DNA from: a virus
IMG/VR virus record: IMGVR_UViG_3300020424_000003
Coordinates: 1 to 64,000 of that record
Length of the DNA: 64,000 nucleotides
Reading direction: 5' to 3' (one strand)
The notes beneath the pieces were generated by a model that was given only the letters and a program-made list of their open reading frames with translations, did no database searches and was not told where the DNA came from. Made by a program: the position numbers and the translations under genes. Below, one piece after another: positions 10,157 through 20,952 of the stretch (within the stretch, counting starts at the first letter, position 1; the number at the start of each line of letters is the position of its first letter).

Positions 10157-10631
10157 ATTCAAAATTCTGTGTTGTGTCGTTAATGCTGATTTGTTTGGCA
10201 CCATTCCTTATATGGAAATGTGTTGCCATCGGTGTGAGTGGAGATAGTGTTACCACTCTTTCAATGCCTGATTGTTTGGCATGGTCTAATACCTTTTGGA
10301 TTATTTCTCTACCTGCTCCACGTTTGCGAGACCAAACCGTGTATGCAATAGCAATGGTAGGTTTTTCCTCTTTCATGTGTACAAGTTCGCTCATCATGTC
10401 AAGCTCTTTTACACTATGTGGAATTTCGTTGGTGTATGCAATACAAATGATGCCTTCTATTTCATCTTCATACTTGAGTCCGTATATTTTACGTCCTTTG
10501 CTAATACGCCAACCTAATGTTAATTCAGGTCTAACAGGATCTTCCGATACGTCTATGTCATCAAGTTCAACCAACTCCGTGCCCTTGACCCATCTAAAGA
10601 AATCATCTGTTTTGTTTTTAAAAAATTTCAC
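10140..10631 (-). CDS. GNAT-like fold protein
   Basis: AYTVWSRKRGAGREII..VVTLSP..FHIRNGA; GTG start with GAGG RBS. Confidence 0.55.
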   Translation of the reverse strand: MKFFKNKTDDFFRWVKGTELVELDDIDVSEDPVRPELTLGWRISKGRKIYGLKYEDEIEGIICIAYTNEIPHSVKELDMMSELVHMKEEKPTIAIAYTVWSRKRGAGREIIQKVLDHAKQSGIERVVTLSPLTPMATHFHIRNGAKQISINDTTQNFEYELRS

Positions 10632-10647
10632 AGAAACCTCGTAATAG

Positions 10648-10845
10648 TTAATTTTGTCTATCTCTATCTCTTTGCAACTTTTGAGCTCTTTTGATACCAC
10701 GTTTTTTAGCCAAACGTTTTTTCTCACTTGGCTTTTGATAGTATTGTCTCTCTTTTAATTCAATTAGCAGACCAGATTTTTTAATTTTTCTCTTGAGCTG
10801 TCTAAGTGCCTTTTCTACATTGTTGTTTCTTACTTGGACTTCCAT
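10648..10845 (-). CDS. rpsU: 30S ribosomal protein bS21 (copy 1)
   Basis: VQVRNNNVEKALRQLKRK..ELKERQYYQKPSEKKR. Confidence 0.92.
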   Translation of the reverse strand: MEVQVRNNNVEKALRQLKRKIKKSGLLIELKERQYYQKPSEKKRLAKKRGIKRAQKLQRDRDRQN

Positions 10846-10852
10846 TTGCCTC

Positions 10853-11077
10853 CTAGTGTAATGTGGTGTTCGTCAAGTCATCTTTAAATACATCATCGTC
10901 ATTAAAGTCAACGCCAAAGTATCTTTTACAAACTTCGTATATACTTTTAGGCACAACTGACTCCTCTGATCCTCTTGGTATATAAAGACCTTTAAGATCA
11001 CCTTGTTTATCAAAAATCAACGCCCAATCATCATCGTCCAGGGCTTCATTTATCGTAATATACTTGCCTTTTGCCAT
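10853..11077 (-). CDS. Acidic hypothetical protein
   Basis: ORF with GGAG RBS. Confidence 0.5.
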   Translation of the reverse strand: MAKGKYITINEALDDDDWALIFDKQGDLKGLYIPRGSEESVVPKSIYEVCKRYFGVDFNDDDVFKDDLTNTTLH

Positions 11078-11144
11078 TTTTTTATCTCCAACAAGTTTAC
11101 AATAAGTTGACATTGTTTAATAATACATTAGTTAAAAGAATTTG

Positions 11145-11834
11145 TCAACCTATTCTTACGTAGTTTAATATTGTTTCAGGGAATTTGGTAATAAAGTTTT
11201 CACCATGACGCTTAATTTTCCCTTTAATATTGAAAGTAGTTCCTTCTTTTGGTAAATCTTTGGTTTGATCAAAGTTTTTGAAAAAACTTACAAGGTTACC
11301 TTCTACTGCTCCATTCAAAACATGACAGGTATATTTTTCAACAAACCTGATTTCGTTAAGAGTGAACATTCCAGAAAAATTACTTCCAACTGTACTTATG
11401 TGTTTTGAGCCTTTGTATTTTTCTTTAAGGTTAGTCTTTAAAGATTTTTTTCTTTTGCCTTCAAAAAATATTCTAGGTAAAGGTGCAACGATACCAAACT
11501 GTTGTTCAGATAATTCTTTGGTGTTGATACATTCTATAAGTTGTTTCATGTAGTCGGAAAGTGTATCACTTATTATCTGCAAAGCAAATGCCTTGTTCAA
11601 CCAATCAACAGATGCAACTGCATTGGCCATGTCTTCTTCTTTGATGGTCATCTGTTGCCAGTCTTTTGGAATCTTATATTCTTCAGTAGCGAATTGTAAT
11701 CCTATGCAATCTTTGTTAGAAAATTGTGTAGGTACTTCTTCACTGAACCTTCTAGTGTCTCTGTAATAGTCGCCATTGATTCTATGTGCGGCGAATGATG
11801 CTGATAAAACATCTATGAGTGAATACTTTTTCAT
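11145..11834 (-). CDS. Hypothetical early protein, C-terminal OB-fold-like region
   Basis: TTGACA promoter upstream; IKGKIKRH..ETILNYVRI ending. Confidence 0.5.
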   Translation of the reverse strand: MKKYSLIDVLSASFAAHRINGDYYRDTRRFSEEVPTQFSNKDCIGLQFATEEYKIPKDWQQMTIKEEDMANAVASVDWLNKAFALQIISDTLSDYMKQLIECINTKELSEQQFGIVAPLPRIFFEGKRKKSLKTNLKEKYKGSKHISTVGSNFSGMFTLNEIRFVEKYTCHVLNGAVEGNLVSFFKNFDQTKDLPKEGTTFNIKGKIKRHGENFITKFPETILNYVRIG

Positions 11835-11900
11835 ATGTTGCCCTTTATGCCTAATTATGTTAATAATATAGCATCACAAATTGGTTTTGTCAACCAGTAA

Positions 11901-12461
11901 TTATAGTATGTGATCTGCGATTTTTAAATCAATTAATTGTTTGGCTGTAAAATATTGGTCCGATGGATTGTTAAATTTTTTGCGAACATCGGACAAACTG
12001 TAACCTGTTGCATCTCTAAGAATTTGCATACATCTTTGTTCACAGTTTGTATTTTCTTTCATTTGTGCTTTCATGTCATGCATCTTAGATTCCATTGTGT
12101 CAGAGTGTTGGTGATTCATTATGCCAGTGTTTTTACCAACATATCTTTCTCCATGCTTACCACTTGCTAAAATTAAGAATCCTGCACTCATAACTGCACC
12201 AATTCCTATTGTGCTGATATGATGATAACTTGATTTCATGACATCAATCAGTGCGAATGTTTCATACAAATCACCGCCCACTGTGTTTACATAAAGTTTC
12301 AATGTTTTCTTTGGCTTCTTAGACAAGTTTGCAGAAAGAATCCATTTGATACATTTACTGATATTTGCCTCAGATAATTCACCATTCAGATAGTGAATAT
12401 CATTGTCCTGTAGATATACATCTACTCTATCATCTGCGGTATATTGTTCGTATTTTTTCAT
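11901..12461 (-). CDS. clpP: ClpP-family protease subunit
   Basis: LYVNTVGGD, GAVMSAGFLILASG (catalytic Ser), IMNHQ (His), YFTA..IADHIL. Confidence 0.85.
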   Translation of the reverse strand: MKKYEQYTADDRVDVYLQDNDIHYLNGELSEANISKCIKWILSANLSKKPKKTLKLYVNTVGGDLYETFALIDVMKSSYHHISTIGIGAVMSAGFLILASGKHGERYVGKNTGIMNHQHSDTMESKMHDMKAQMKENTNCEQRCMQILRDATGYSLSDVRKKFNNPSDQYFTAKQLIDLKIADHIL

Positions 12462-12479
12462 AGGTAATAATATGTGTAT

Positions 12480-12965
12480 TTATCCACGTTCGTTTTCTTG
12501 GGTCCATTTTAAGTGACCAAGCTGATTTGCTTCTGCCCACCTAACAAATAGCCCTAATTCACGGCCGTGTGCTTCTATTTCCCATGGTCTTTCAAAGTAA
12601 TCGTCCTTGTCTAACTCATACCTTTTACCATTGTAGCTGACTCTTTCAGCACCAGCAAGATCACGCATTTCACCCTTGGCGAACTGCTTCACGTGTACCA
12701 TTTCGTGGCATACACTTTGTAGCACCCTGCGTAGTTTAAGATCTGCGTCAATCTCTAGCAAGAATTCCTTGGGTCTGTAACTATCATCTTCCCACATACA
12801 ATTTCCTGCTTGATTATATTTGTCTAGTAATCCCTTCACAAAGTGAACCTTGATGTTCAAGCTCTTTGCAAGTCTTTTGCTCATCAGTTTTGCACCACAG
12901 AATCTAATGATATCTTTGGCATATTTCTTCTGAGTCTTTGAGCCACCTTTAATTGAAATTTGCAT
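12480..12965 (-). CDS. SprT-like/zincin metalloprotease
   Basis: HEMVH (HExxH) and PWEIEA. Confidence 0.7.
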   Translation of the reverse strand: MQISIKGGSKTQKKYAKDIIRFCGAKLMSKRLAKSLNIKVHFVKGLLDKYNQAGNCMWEDDSYRPKEFLLEIDADLKLRRVLQSVCHEMVHVKQFAKGEMRDLAGAERVSYNGKRYELDKDDYFERPWEIEAHGRELGLFVRWAEANQLGHLKWTQENERG

Positions 12966-13096
12966 AGTTCTAATCCTTGTGATTGTTATTATATTATATA
13001 AAAATTTACGTAAAAAGTCAACCAAATAGGTTTGAGTAAAACCTTGCTTTTTCAACACTTTAAAAATCTATGTTACCAAAAACGATAAGTACTATT

Positions 13097-13501
13097 ATGA
13101 AGGACTTTTATCAAAGTGCCTTTTACGGCGTTGTTAAAGAAACGCAGGAGAGCAGTGGCTACACATTACCCGTAGACATTGAGTCCTACGTAGTCATGCT
13201 TCTTGCTGACCATTTAGACAAACCAAACTTTCTTCCTGAAACTACATTTGCTGAATCATATCTAAGATTAAAGAATTCAAGAGATGCAAAGGCTTTAGGT
13301 GATAGTTGCTTATTTGTTACTGGTGTGTTTCCAGACTATGGCATTGATCAAGAATATTATATTGGAATTGGACAAAGCTCATACCACAGTATATCATATG
13401 GTATGAATAAAGATCTATTCAACGATCTTTCTAAACATTTTAAATTTTTACGTTATTTTATAGAACTTACGACTTCTTCGGGTACTTCTGTTTATCGTTA
13501 G
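13097..13501 (+). CDS. Hypothetical protein
   Basis: ORF; ATAAGTA late promoter 5 nt before ATG 13097. Confidence 0.6.
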   Translation: MKDFYQSAFYGVVKETQESSGYTLPVDIESYVVMLLADHLDKPNFLPETTFAESYLRLKNSRDAKALGDSCLFVTGVFPDYGIDQEYYIGIGQSSYHSISYGMNKDLFNDLSKHFKFLRYFIELTTSSGTSVYR

Positions 13502-13655
13502 CAACCAATAAACAATCAGCTTGTATAGTTTGTATCATATTATCTATTTCACTATCATTAGCTTTGACCTTACCATATTTCATATCTCTTAGTCTGTCAG
13601 ACATAAGTTTAATAGAGTCTATCTTGTCGCAAAATTCTGATATCTTATGTAACAT
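13467..13655 (-). CDS. Hypothetical protein
   Basis: ORF with AAGG RBS. Confidence 0.5.
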   Translation of the reverse strand: MLHKISEFCDKIDSIKLMSDRLRDMKYGKVKANDSEIDNMIQTIQADCLLVANDKQKYPKKS

Positions 13656-13720
13656 TTTTCTACCTTAACCAACTTAATTTACTTTACTATAAATATAGCA
13701 AATAACAAGGTGAATGTCAA

Positions 13721-14074
13721 GTGGAAATTTTTCTCTTTTTAATGATCAAACACGCCTTAATTGATTTGGGTTTACAACCTTTCAATATAGGCCAAAACAA
13801 GCTCCAATATTTTGGAAGGATAGCACACCTCAAACATTATGCACCACACGGGGTCTTAACCGCTGTCATAATGGCCTTTTATTCAAGCATAGAGGTCTGT
13901 ATACTGCTTGGTTTACTGGATTACGTACTACACTGGCACACCGACTATTTAAAGACGCATATACGCAATTACTACGGTTTAATACCAAAACAAAGAGTGT
14001 ATTGGTTGCTCAATACCGCAGACCAAATCTGTCATTTCTTAGGTTATTATTTGATTATTATTTTAGGAACTTGA
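13721..14074 (+). CDS. DUF3307-like membrane protein
   Basis: KHALIDLGLQ, HWHTDYLK, DQICH motifs. Confidence 0.65.
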   Translation: MEIFLFLMIKHALIDLGLQPFNIGQNKLQYFGRIAHLKHYAPHGVLTAVIMAFYSSIEVCILLGLLDYVLHWHTDYLKTHIRNYYGLIPKQRVYWLLNTADQICHFLGYYLIIILGT

Positions 14075-15461
14075 AGCTAAACTTGCCACCAATACGTGTG
14101 CTATAATAATTCTTGCCACCATCCAATCCAATTTTACCTTCAAACTTAGGAGGATAAACTGCATTGTAATTTGTTACCACAACATCGTCACCTTGTAGTT
14201 TTGTTTTGGTGTAAAGCTGGATAATACTTGCATTGTTTAGAAGTGCCAAAGCGGCAGTAGAAAAGTTTGTTTTGTTGTTGACGTGGTTACCAACTTCTTT
14301 TACAAGAGCGGCCGTAATAGCATTACCTACATTGAATCCAATAACTTTTGTATTGAATTTTGTATTACCTACTATCTTAGTTGCTTCGTCACTCATTCCT
14401 TCAAACTCAACCTTGCCTGCTTCTTGATATCTTGTTGCTTCTTCAAACAAAGCTGGAGTACATATTCCAAATTGTACTCCTAATTCAAATGGTCCTTTTT
14501 TAGCAGTATTCTTTTGAATGGTTCTGATCACATCAACTGCAACCTGATTGTCTTTGATAAATTTTTCATGTTCAGGATTCTTACCTTTGTAAGTTCCGTC
14601 AGCACTTTCATCTGCTATTCTTAAAAGACCGTTGTAAAGATTTACAATACTTGCACTTGCACCAACTCCACCTTTTGAACTTATACCAATGGTGTTGCCA
14701 TTAGGTGCAAAGAATTTACTATCTATCAATGGTTCATTCATGCCCTGTGGCCAAATAACTTTACAGTCTTTCCAATCAGCACCACCTGCCAATTCGTTAC
14801 GAGCATCTTCTGCCTGCCCTAGTACTGCACCGCCCATCATTGCTACTGGTCCCATTATCTCACCAAAGTAATCTCTGATAGCAGTTTCTATTTCTTTTTG
14901 TCCAGGGAACACAGCCATCTTACCTTGTGCTGAATCAACAAGTGCCTGTGCTAATACTTCTTTGTCTTCGTCACGTGCATTTGATTTGACTGTGTTAATG
15001 ATGTCTTCTGTGCCACTAAACTGTCTTGGTGTTTTGATTAAAGACTGTGGCTCCAATCCTCTATCCATCTTTGTGGCACCTGATGTTTGTAGTTTCCAAC
15101 CTACAGGAATATCTTTGTTTGCCCAAGCACTTATCATACTGACCTTCATCATTCTAAAATAACGTCCCCAGTATTCTGTTTGGTTTTCGCTTGTTTGGAC
15201 TATCGCAACTGCATAGGCTAAATTGTTGCCTGGAACGTTTGTCCAAGTAATTTTAGCATTATTATTCTTTTCAAATGTTGCTATGTCTTCATCACGTTGC
15301 TCTTTGGATTCAAATTGTCCTCCACCATCTGCTGGATCTGGTCTTGATACTATGCCCTTAAAGATGGCAGTTCTACCATCAGTGTGCAGATACTGGTCTT
15401 TGTCTGGCACTCTTCCGAATATACCTTTAGACTCTGTTATTTTAAATTCAAAGAAACGCAT
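14058..15461 (-). CDS. Large protein with capsid-targeting-like N-terminus and possible PD-(D/E)xK nuclease fold
   Basis: MRFFEFKITE start; DYFGEI..PLIDS..ISSK. Confidence 0.45.
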   Translation of the reverse strand: MRFFEFKITESKGIFGRVPDKDQYLHTDGRTAIFKGIVSRPDPADGGGQFESKEQRDEDIATFEKNNNAKITWTNVPGNNLAYAVAIVQTSENQTEYWGRYFRMMKVSMISAWANKDIPVGWKLQTSGATKMDRGLEPQSLIKTPRQFSGTEDIINTVKSNARDEDKEVLAQALVDSAQGKMAVFPGQKEIETAIRDYFGEIMGPVAMMGGAVLGQAEDARNELAGGADWKDCKVIWPQGMNEPLIDSKFFAPNGNTIGISSKGGVGASASIVNLYNGLLRIADESADGTYKGKNPEHEKFIKDNQVAVDVIRTIQKNTAKKGPFELGVQFGICTPALFEEATRYQEAGKVEFEGMSDEATKIVGNTKFNTKVIGFNVGNAITAALVKEVGNHVNNKTNFSTAALALLNNASIIQLYTKTKLQGDDVVVTNYNAVYPPKFEGKIGLDGGKNYYSTRIGGKFSFKFLK

Positions 15462-15472
15462 AACACTATTAT

Positions 15473-16174
15473 TTATGCTATTTTAGGGAACAGGGCATTA
15501 GTGCAAAATTCATCAACATCTGCTTCTGCAAGTCCTAATGACTTCATTACACGTGGCGTATGTGGATTTTGTTGCTGATTATGGCAGTAGTAATCCTGAC
15601 AACCAGCAGTAAAGTCTACAGTTTGTTCACCAGCATACTCAGGCACTGATTGAAACCATACCCTTAAATTATCAACTGCTAGTTTACATATTGCAACTGC
15701 TTCTTCTTCTGTGCCAACATTACCAGCCGCTATCATACCATCACTGAAAATATTCTTAGCCCATTCAGGTAATTCTCTTTGCTTTGTAGGAATAAAATCT
15801 TTTACTGCATCTAAGTACCATTCACACAGAGGATGATCTTCTCCACCACTTGATGCTGAAAAGTCATGAAAGGCACCAGTCATCTTACGTTTGCCTGCTA
15901 TCACATCAAAGCCATATATAGGTGAACCATTGTCAAGTGTTGGAAAACAACAGACGTGCATCATCCATAGTCCTTTTGATTCTCTTACATCAACAACATC
16001 TATGTGAGCTCTTCTTACATTGTTGTTTGCCCACACTCTATTGATCCAACCATTCTCAGGTTGATTAAACTTATTGAGACCTTTTTCTTCTATCTCATCA
16101 GCATATTCATCAAAGATACCAAGTATTTCATCTTGGCATTTTATAAGTGTGTCCCATATGATTGATTCACTCAT
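15473..16174 (-). CDS. pcyX: Ferredoxin-dependent bilin reductase, PcyX-type
   Basis: RRAHIDVVD, WMMHVCCFP, PIYGFDVIAG, AFHDFS, LPEWA.IFS, QQQNPHT. Confidence 0.85.
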   Translation of the reverse strand: MSESIIWDTLIKCQDEILGIFDEYADEIEEKGLNKFNQPENGWINRVWANNNVRRAHIDVVDVRESKGLWMMHVCCFPTLDNGSPIYGFDVIAGKRKMTGAFHDFSASSGGEDHPLCEWYLDAVKDFIPTKQRELPEWAKNIFSDGMIAAGNVGTEEEAVAICKLAVDNLRVWFQSVPEYAGEQTVDFTAGCQDYYCHNQQQNPHTPRVMKSLGLAEADVDEFCTNALFPKIA

Positions 16175-17667
16175 CTATTTCCCCATTCTCTATTACCTAA
16201 GCTACCAGGATAAGAAACATTTTTGTTTTGCTTTCTCATTTTACTTAAGATATCTTGTGCTTCTTGTGTGTCTAATTTGGCAGTGGCAGTCTTAATACCA
16301 ACTGTGTTTAACCATAGTTTCCAATTTATGTCTTGGAATATCTCTGTATTACGTGGAAAGAACTGCTCATCAACTGTTGGAGTATAATTTCTTGCATAGT
16401 TAGTTGCAATGGTTTCCATTTTTTCTGTTTCTTCAAAATGTTGATCAACGTGTTTCCAAAATTTACTTTGTCTTTTGTTATTGAAATAATGTAATGCCAC
16501 AAAGTTCATACTGTCTTCGTAAACATTAGACATATCAAAATTAAAATTATCAATGTCTTCTTGTGTGTATCCACCCTTGCTCATACATTTAAGACCTGCT
16601 GATCCAATTATAAGCAAAGCAAGTCCTGTTGATTCTAATGGTTCAATGAATCCACTTGCAAGTCCTACACTAAAACAATTACCACGCCAGTTGTTTGCAT
16701 TGTATTCAGGTTTGAAAGGAACATGGTTAAAGTTTCCTGTTCTCAATCTATCCTCACCCCAATGTTGCACAAAGTAATCTTCTGCTTCTTGCTTGGTTGT
16801 GATTTCACTGTTGTAACATAATCCACTGCCTATTCTATCTTTGACAGGAGTTTTCCATATCCAACCATGATCACAAGCCTGGGCAGTCACATAAGGAACC
16901 TGAGGTTCGTGTTCTGTTGCATAATTAATTTGTGAAGCCACTGCGGCATTTGTAAATAACATATGGCTTCTGTCTATCCATTTGCTATCACCCAACGCAT
17001 TTGAAAGAAGTCTTTTGAAACCTGTGCAATCAACAAAGAAGTCTCCAGTTATCATGTCTCCGTTGTCAAGTGTTAAATGTGCAACCTTGCCATCAATGAT
17101 TGTAGGAGTGTCTATGTTTGCTTTAATGTGTCTAAGTCTTGGATATTTTTTATTACAGTATTCACTTAAGAAGTTTGCAAGTTTAATAGCATCAAGATGG
17201 TATCCTACATGAGCATCACCACCTAATGCAGTTGTGTTTCCTGCAACTTTCTTATCAACAACACTAACATCATACCATGCCGTCCATTGTTCAAAGTCTT
17301 TCATTTCTACATTTCCGTCTCTACATAGATCAACAAAATCTACAAAATTATCTTTTGAGGATTTTTCTATTGGAAAGTAAAAAGGTTGCCAAATGTTTAC
17401 ACCATCATCTCGCCAGTTAGGAAAATATGTGCCTAATTTAATTGTTGCGTCACAGGCCTTGGTCCATAACTCCTTGGGTATTCCACACTCGTCTAAAAAA
17501 TGATCAAACCCAAGTATGGTTGCTTCACCTACTCCAACTGTTGGTATGTTAGGACTTTCTATTAAAGTTATTTGTGTATTGGGTAAATTATTAAGTGCAT
17601 AAGCACAGGTCAACCAACCTGCACTACCTCCACCTACTATTACAATTTTATTGACTTTCGACAACAT
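16171..17667 (-). CDS. Flavin-dependent (tryptophan-halogenase family) halogenase
   Basis: GGGSAG, VGVGEAT, ATIKLG (catalytic Lys), GWIWKTP, GFIEPLESTG. Confidence 0.88.
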   Translation of the reverse strand: MLSKVNKIVIVGGGSAGWLTCAYALNNLPNTQITLIESPNIPTVGVGEATILGFDHFLDECGIPKELWTKACDATIKLGTYFPNWRDDGVNIWQPFYFPIEKSSKDNFVDFVDLCRDGNVEMKDFEQWTAWYDVSVVDKKVAGNTTALGGDAHVGYHLDAIKLANFLSEYCNKKYPRLRHIKANIDTPTIIDGKVAHLTLDNGDMITGDFFVDCTGFKRLLSNALGDSKWIDRSHMLFTNAAVASQINYATEHEPQVPYVTAQACDHGWIWKTPVKDRIGSGLCYNSEITTKQEAEDYFVQHWGEDRLRTGNFNHVPFKPEYNANNWRGNCFSVGLASGFIEPLESTGLALLIIGSAGLKCMSKGGYTQEDIDNFNFDMSNVYEDSMNFVALHYFNNKRQSKFWKHVDQHFEETEKMETIATNYARNYTPTVDEQFFPRNTEIFQDINWKLWLNTVGIKTATAKLDTQEAQDILSKMRKQNKNVSYPGSLGNREWGNR

Positions 17668-18196
17668 CCATCATCTCCTGAAATGTTTTAGTTGCAAAAT
17701 CAAAACATATCTTGGCTTCTTCTGCCATACTGTCATCTATTCTTTCACGAATAGCAGTCTTCAGAGCATTTGGATCTTCAAATTGATAAAGTCTTCCTTC
17801 TCCAGGAACACGTTTGTTGATCATCTGTCCACCACTTAGATCTCCCATGTGTCTTGTGTACACATGAGCAAACAATTTATTTTTGTCTGTGCCTATACTC
17901 ATGATATGATCTGTGTATTCTTTTGTAACATTTAAAAGTTTAGGAGGATTGTCTTTGTCCTTCCAAAGTTCTTCATAGTCAGCAAATATGGCTGGTCCTC
18001 TTCTGATGTCACCTAGTCCATCAAAAAGTCCTTGTGCCATTGCATGGACTTCTAAAATATTGTATTGGGGGTGTTGGTTATATAAAAATGTTGCATATAC
18101 TTCAGGAGATATCTTGCCTCCCATAAGTACCTTAACAAATTTTTGTCTTTCTGCGTTTTTGTGATGTTCCCAAGTTAGCTCTTTTAATCTGCTCAT
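17648..18196 (-). CDS. hemO: Heme oxygenase
   Basis: LKELTWEHHKNAE (proximal His), AHVYTRHMGDLSGGQ, EEAKICF. Confidence 0.92.
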   Translation of the reverse strand: MSRLKELTWEHHKNAERQKFVKVLMGGKISPEVYATFLYNQHPQYNILEVHAMAQGLFDGLGDIRRGPAIFADYEELWKDKDNPPKLLNVTKEYTDHIMSIGTDKNKLFAHVYTRHMGDLSGGQMINKRVPGEGRLYQFEDPNALKTAIRERIDDSMAEEAKICFDFATKTFQEMMDVVESQ

Positions 18197-18501
18197 TCCT
18201 TTTCCAATTCGACTTTCAATGGAAATCCACTTGATCGAGCCAAATTGGTAGTCTCTAAGCCTTTTTGTTCTGCTATCTCAAAGGTGTAAACGCCAACTAT
18301 TGCGGAACCTTCTTCATGTATTTTAGTTGTCAAATCTCTTGCAGTGGTCTCACTGTGTTTAAAGATTTGCACGAGTACATCGATCACGAAATCCATAGGT
18401 GTTGCATCATCATTCAACATAATGACTTTATAAAGATTGGGTTCAGCAATCTTTTGCTTTATTTTTTCATCTATTTGAACGTCCATAACATTACTTATCA
18501 T
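18193..18501 (-). CDS. clpS: ClpS N-end-rule adaptor
   Basis: YKVIMLNDDATPMDFV..IHEEG..YTFEIAE..GFPL. Confidence 0.92.
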   Translation of the reverse strand: MISNVMDVQIDEKIKQKIAEPNLYKVIMLNDDATPMDFVIDVLVQIFKHSETTARDLTTKIHEEGSAIVGVYTFEIAEQKGLETTNLARSSGFPLKVELEKE

Positions 18502-18530
18502 CTACTTCTCCGCGATCGATGTTAAAAGGT

Positions 18531-20423
18531 TTATTTGTCTTTACTAACTTCTTCAAAATCAGCATCAACTACATTGTCGTCCTTTGGTTTATCAGACTCT
18601 GTGTTTGCTTTTTGCTCTGATTCTTGTTGTTGCTTATAGATTGCTTCACCAAGTTTCATTGCACTTTGAGTCAATGTTTCAGTTTTTGTTTTTATATCCT
18701 CTACATTTGACCCTTTTAATGCTTCTTTCAAATCATTAATATCAGACTCAACTTTAGTTTTATCTTCAGCTGATAACTTATCTCCGTGTTCTTTAAGTTG
18801 TTTCTCTACATTATGAACCATTGCATCTGCATTGTTTCTTGTATCGATACCTTCACGTTTTTGTTTGTCAGCCTCCTTGTTTGCTTCTGCGTCTTTGACC
18901 ATTTTGTCTATCTCAGACTCAGATAGTCCACCAGATGCTTGTATGGTTATCTTTTGTTCTTTGCCAGTGCCTTTGTCTTTTGCACTTACATTAACAATAC
19001 CATTTGCATCAATATCAAATGTCACTTCAATTTGTGGCATTCCTCTTGGTGCTGGTGCGATTCCATCAAGTGTAAAGTTTCCTAATGGCTTGTTGTCTGC
19101 CGCCATTTCCCTTTCACCTTGTACAACACTAATTGTTACCGCTGGTTGATTATCCTCAGCAGTTGAAAACACCTGACTTTTCTTTGTAGGAATAGTTGTG
19201 TTCTTTTCAATCAGTTTAGTTGCTACACCACCTAGTGTTTCAATACCTAAAGACAAAGGTGTTACATCTAACAACAAGACATCTTTGACATCTCCTTGTA
19301 GTACTCCACCCTGTATAGCGGCACCTATTGCTACAACTTCATCTGGGTTTACACCTTTGTGAGGTTCCTTACCAAAGAAGTCTTGTACCAACTGTTGAAC
19401 TTTAGGCATACGTGTCATACCACCTACTAAAATTACTTCGTCAATACCATTAGCAGATAGTTCTGCATCTTTAAGTGCTGTCTTACAAGGAACCAACGTT
19501 TTTTGAATCAAGTCTTCAACAAGAGATTCAAGTTTTGCTCTTGTCATCTTGATGTTTAAATGTTTAGGTCCACTTGCATCAGCAGTGATGAATGGTAAAC
19601 TTATGTCAGTTTGTACTGCTGACGATAGTTCACACTTGGCCTTTTCAGCAGACTCTCTTACACGTTGTAATGCAAGATTATCTTTTGTTAGGTCAACACC
19701 TTGTTCTTTCTTGAACTCATCACAGATATAATTTACAATGGTGTTGTCAAAGTCTTCACCACCTAGTGAAGTGTCTCCGTTAGTAGACTTAACTTCAAAT
19801 ACACCATCTCCTATTTCAAGAATTGATATATCAAATGTTCCACCACCTAAATCATATACTGCAACTGTGCCTGACTTTTTCTTGTCAAGTCCATAAGCAA
19901 GAGCGGCCGCAGTTGGTTCGTTTACTATACGTTCAACATCAAGTCCTGCAATCTTACCTGCGTCTTTGGTTGCTTGTCTTTGTGAATCATTGAAGTATGC
20001 TGGTACTGTGATTACTGCTTTCTTTACTTCACTGCCTAAATACTTTTCAGCAGTCTCTTTCATTTTTTGTAAAGTAAATGCAGATATCTGACTAGGAGAA
20101 TAATCCTCGTCTTTTGCTTTTACCCAAGCATCTCCATTTGATGATTTAATTATTTTAAAGGGCGAAGTCTTAATATCTTTTTGTACAGACTTGTCCTCAT
20201 ATTTTTTTCCTATTAGTCTTTTGACTGCGAAGATTGTGTTTTCTGGATTTGTCACTGCTTGTCTTTTTGCAGGAACACCCACTAGCCTTTCATCGCCGAA
20301 AGCTACCACTGAAGGTGTTGTTCTTGCACCTTCTGTATTTTCTATTACCTTGGCGCTACCGCCTTCCATTACTGATACGCAAGAATTGGTAGTACCTAAG
20401 TCAATACCGATTATTTTGCTCAT
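18531..20423 (-). CDS. dnaK: Chaperone DnaK
   Basis: [37 protein letters not shown]-terminus. Confidence 0.98.
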   Translation of the reverse strand: MSKIIGIDLGTTNSCVSVMEGGSAKVIENTEGARTTPSVVAFGDERLVGVPAKRQAVTNPENTIFAVKRLIGKKYEDKSVQKDIKTSPFKIIKSSNGDAWVKAKDEDYSPSQISAFTLQKMKETAEKYLGSEVKKAVITVPAYFNDSQRQATKDAGKIAGLDVERIVNEPTAAALAYGLDKKKSGTVAVYDLGGGTFDISILEIGDGVFEVKSTNGDTSLGGEDFDNTIVNYICDEFKKEQGVDLTKDNLALQRVRESAEKAKCELSSAVQTDISLPFITADASGPKHLNIKMTRAKLESLVEDLIQKTLVPCKTALKDAELSANGIDEVILVGGMTRMPKVQQLVQDFFGKEPHKGVNPDEVVAIGAAIQGGVLQGDVKDVLLLDVTPLSLGIETLGGVATKLIEKNTTIPTKKSQVFSTAEDNQPAVTISVVQGEREMAADNKPLGNFTLDGIAPAPRGMPQIEVTFDIDANGIVNVSAKDKGTGKEQKITIQASGGLSESEIDKMVKDAEANKEADKQKREGIDTRNNADAMVHNVEKQLKEHGDKLSAEDKTKVESDINDLKEALKGSNVEDIKTKTETLTQSAMKLGEAIYKQQQESEQKANTESDKPKDDNVVDADFEEVSKDK

Positions 20424-20428
20424 TGTTC

Positions 20429-20448
20429 TCCTCCTTATTAAGCAAAGA
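20429..20448 (-). promoter_or_regulatory. ROSE-like RNA thermometer hairpin occluding the dnaK SD
   Basis: UCUUU-G-CUU-aau-AAG-GAGGA; UUGCU with bulged G opposite the SD. Confidence 0.55.
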
Positions 20449-20478
20449 GTAGGGTGGGTTTCCCCACCCTATCATTTG

Positions 20479-20925
20479 TTATTTGATTTCGATAGTTCTT
20501 GGTTTTTTAGACTCTGGAATAATTCTTTCCAAAGAAATTGTCAATAAACCATCTTTCAACTCAGCACCCTTGACTTCAACGTCATCAGCGATGCTGAAAG
20601 ATTTAGTAAACATTCTCTTACTAATTCCTTTGTGCAATACGCCAGACTGATCTCCGTCTTGTTTTGCTTCTTGAATTGATTTAACAGTAATTACACCGTC
20701 CTCATAACTTACGTCGATGTCTTTCTTACTGAAACCAGCTAGTGCGATTTCAATGTTGTAAGTGTAGTCACCAGTTTTCATAATGTTATATGGTGGGTAG
20801 TTTTGATGTGTTTGATTGGCAAAAAAGTTGTCATCAAACATTGATTCGAATCTATCAAAGATAGGATCGAAACCTACTGTTACGGGTCTTAGTTGATTAA
20901 AAATTGATAGGTGTGATTTAGTCAT
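20479..20925 (-). CDS. Small heat-shock protein (Hsp20/IbpA-like)
   Basis: NYPPYNI, IEIALAGF, LHKGIS.R.F, AELKDGLL.I.L; start after GGAGG. Confidence 0.93.
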   Translation of the reverse strand: MTKSHLSIFNQLRPVTVGFDPIFDRFESMFDDNFFANQTHQNYPPYNIMKTGDYTYNIEIALAGFSKKDIDVSYEDGVITVKSIQEAKQDGDQSGVLHKGISKRMFTKSFSIADDVEVKGAELKDGLLTISLERIIPESKKPRTIEIK

Positions 20926-20932
20926 TGTCTTG

Positions 20933-20952
20933 TCCTCCTTTATTAAGCAAGT
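20933..20952 (-). promoter_or_regulatory. ROSE-like RNA thermometer hairpin occluding the hsp20 SD
   Basis: CUU-G-CUU-aaua-AAG-GAG. Confidence 0.55.

Noticed and set aside
15473-16174. Cyanophage pcyA/pebS and a cyanobacterial host
   Set aside because: Residue pattern (HID, MMHVC, NPH) fits PcyX; ALAS, alpha-type tmRNA and PqqA argue for an alphaproteobacterial host
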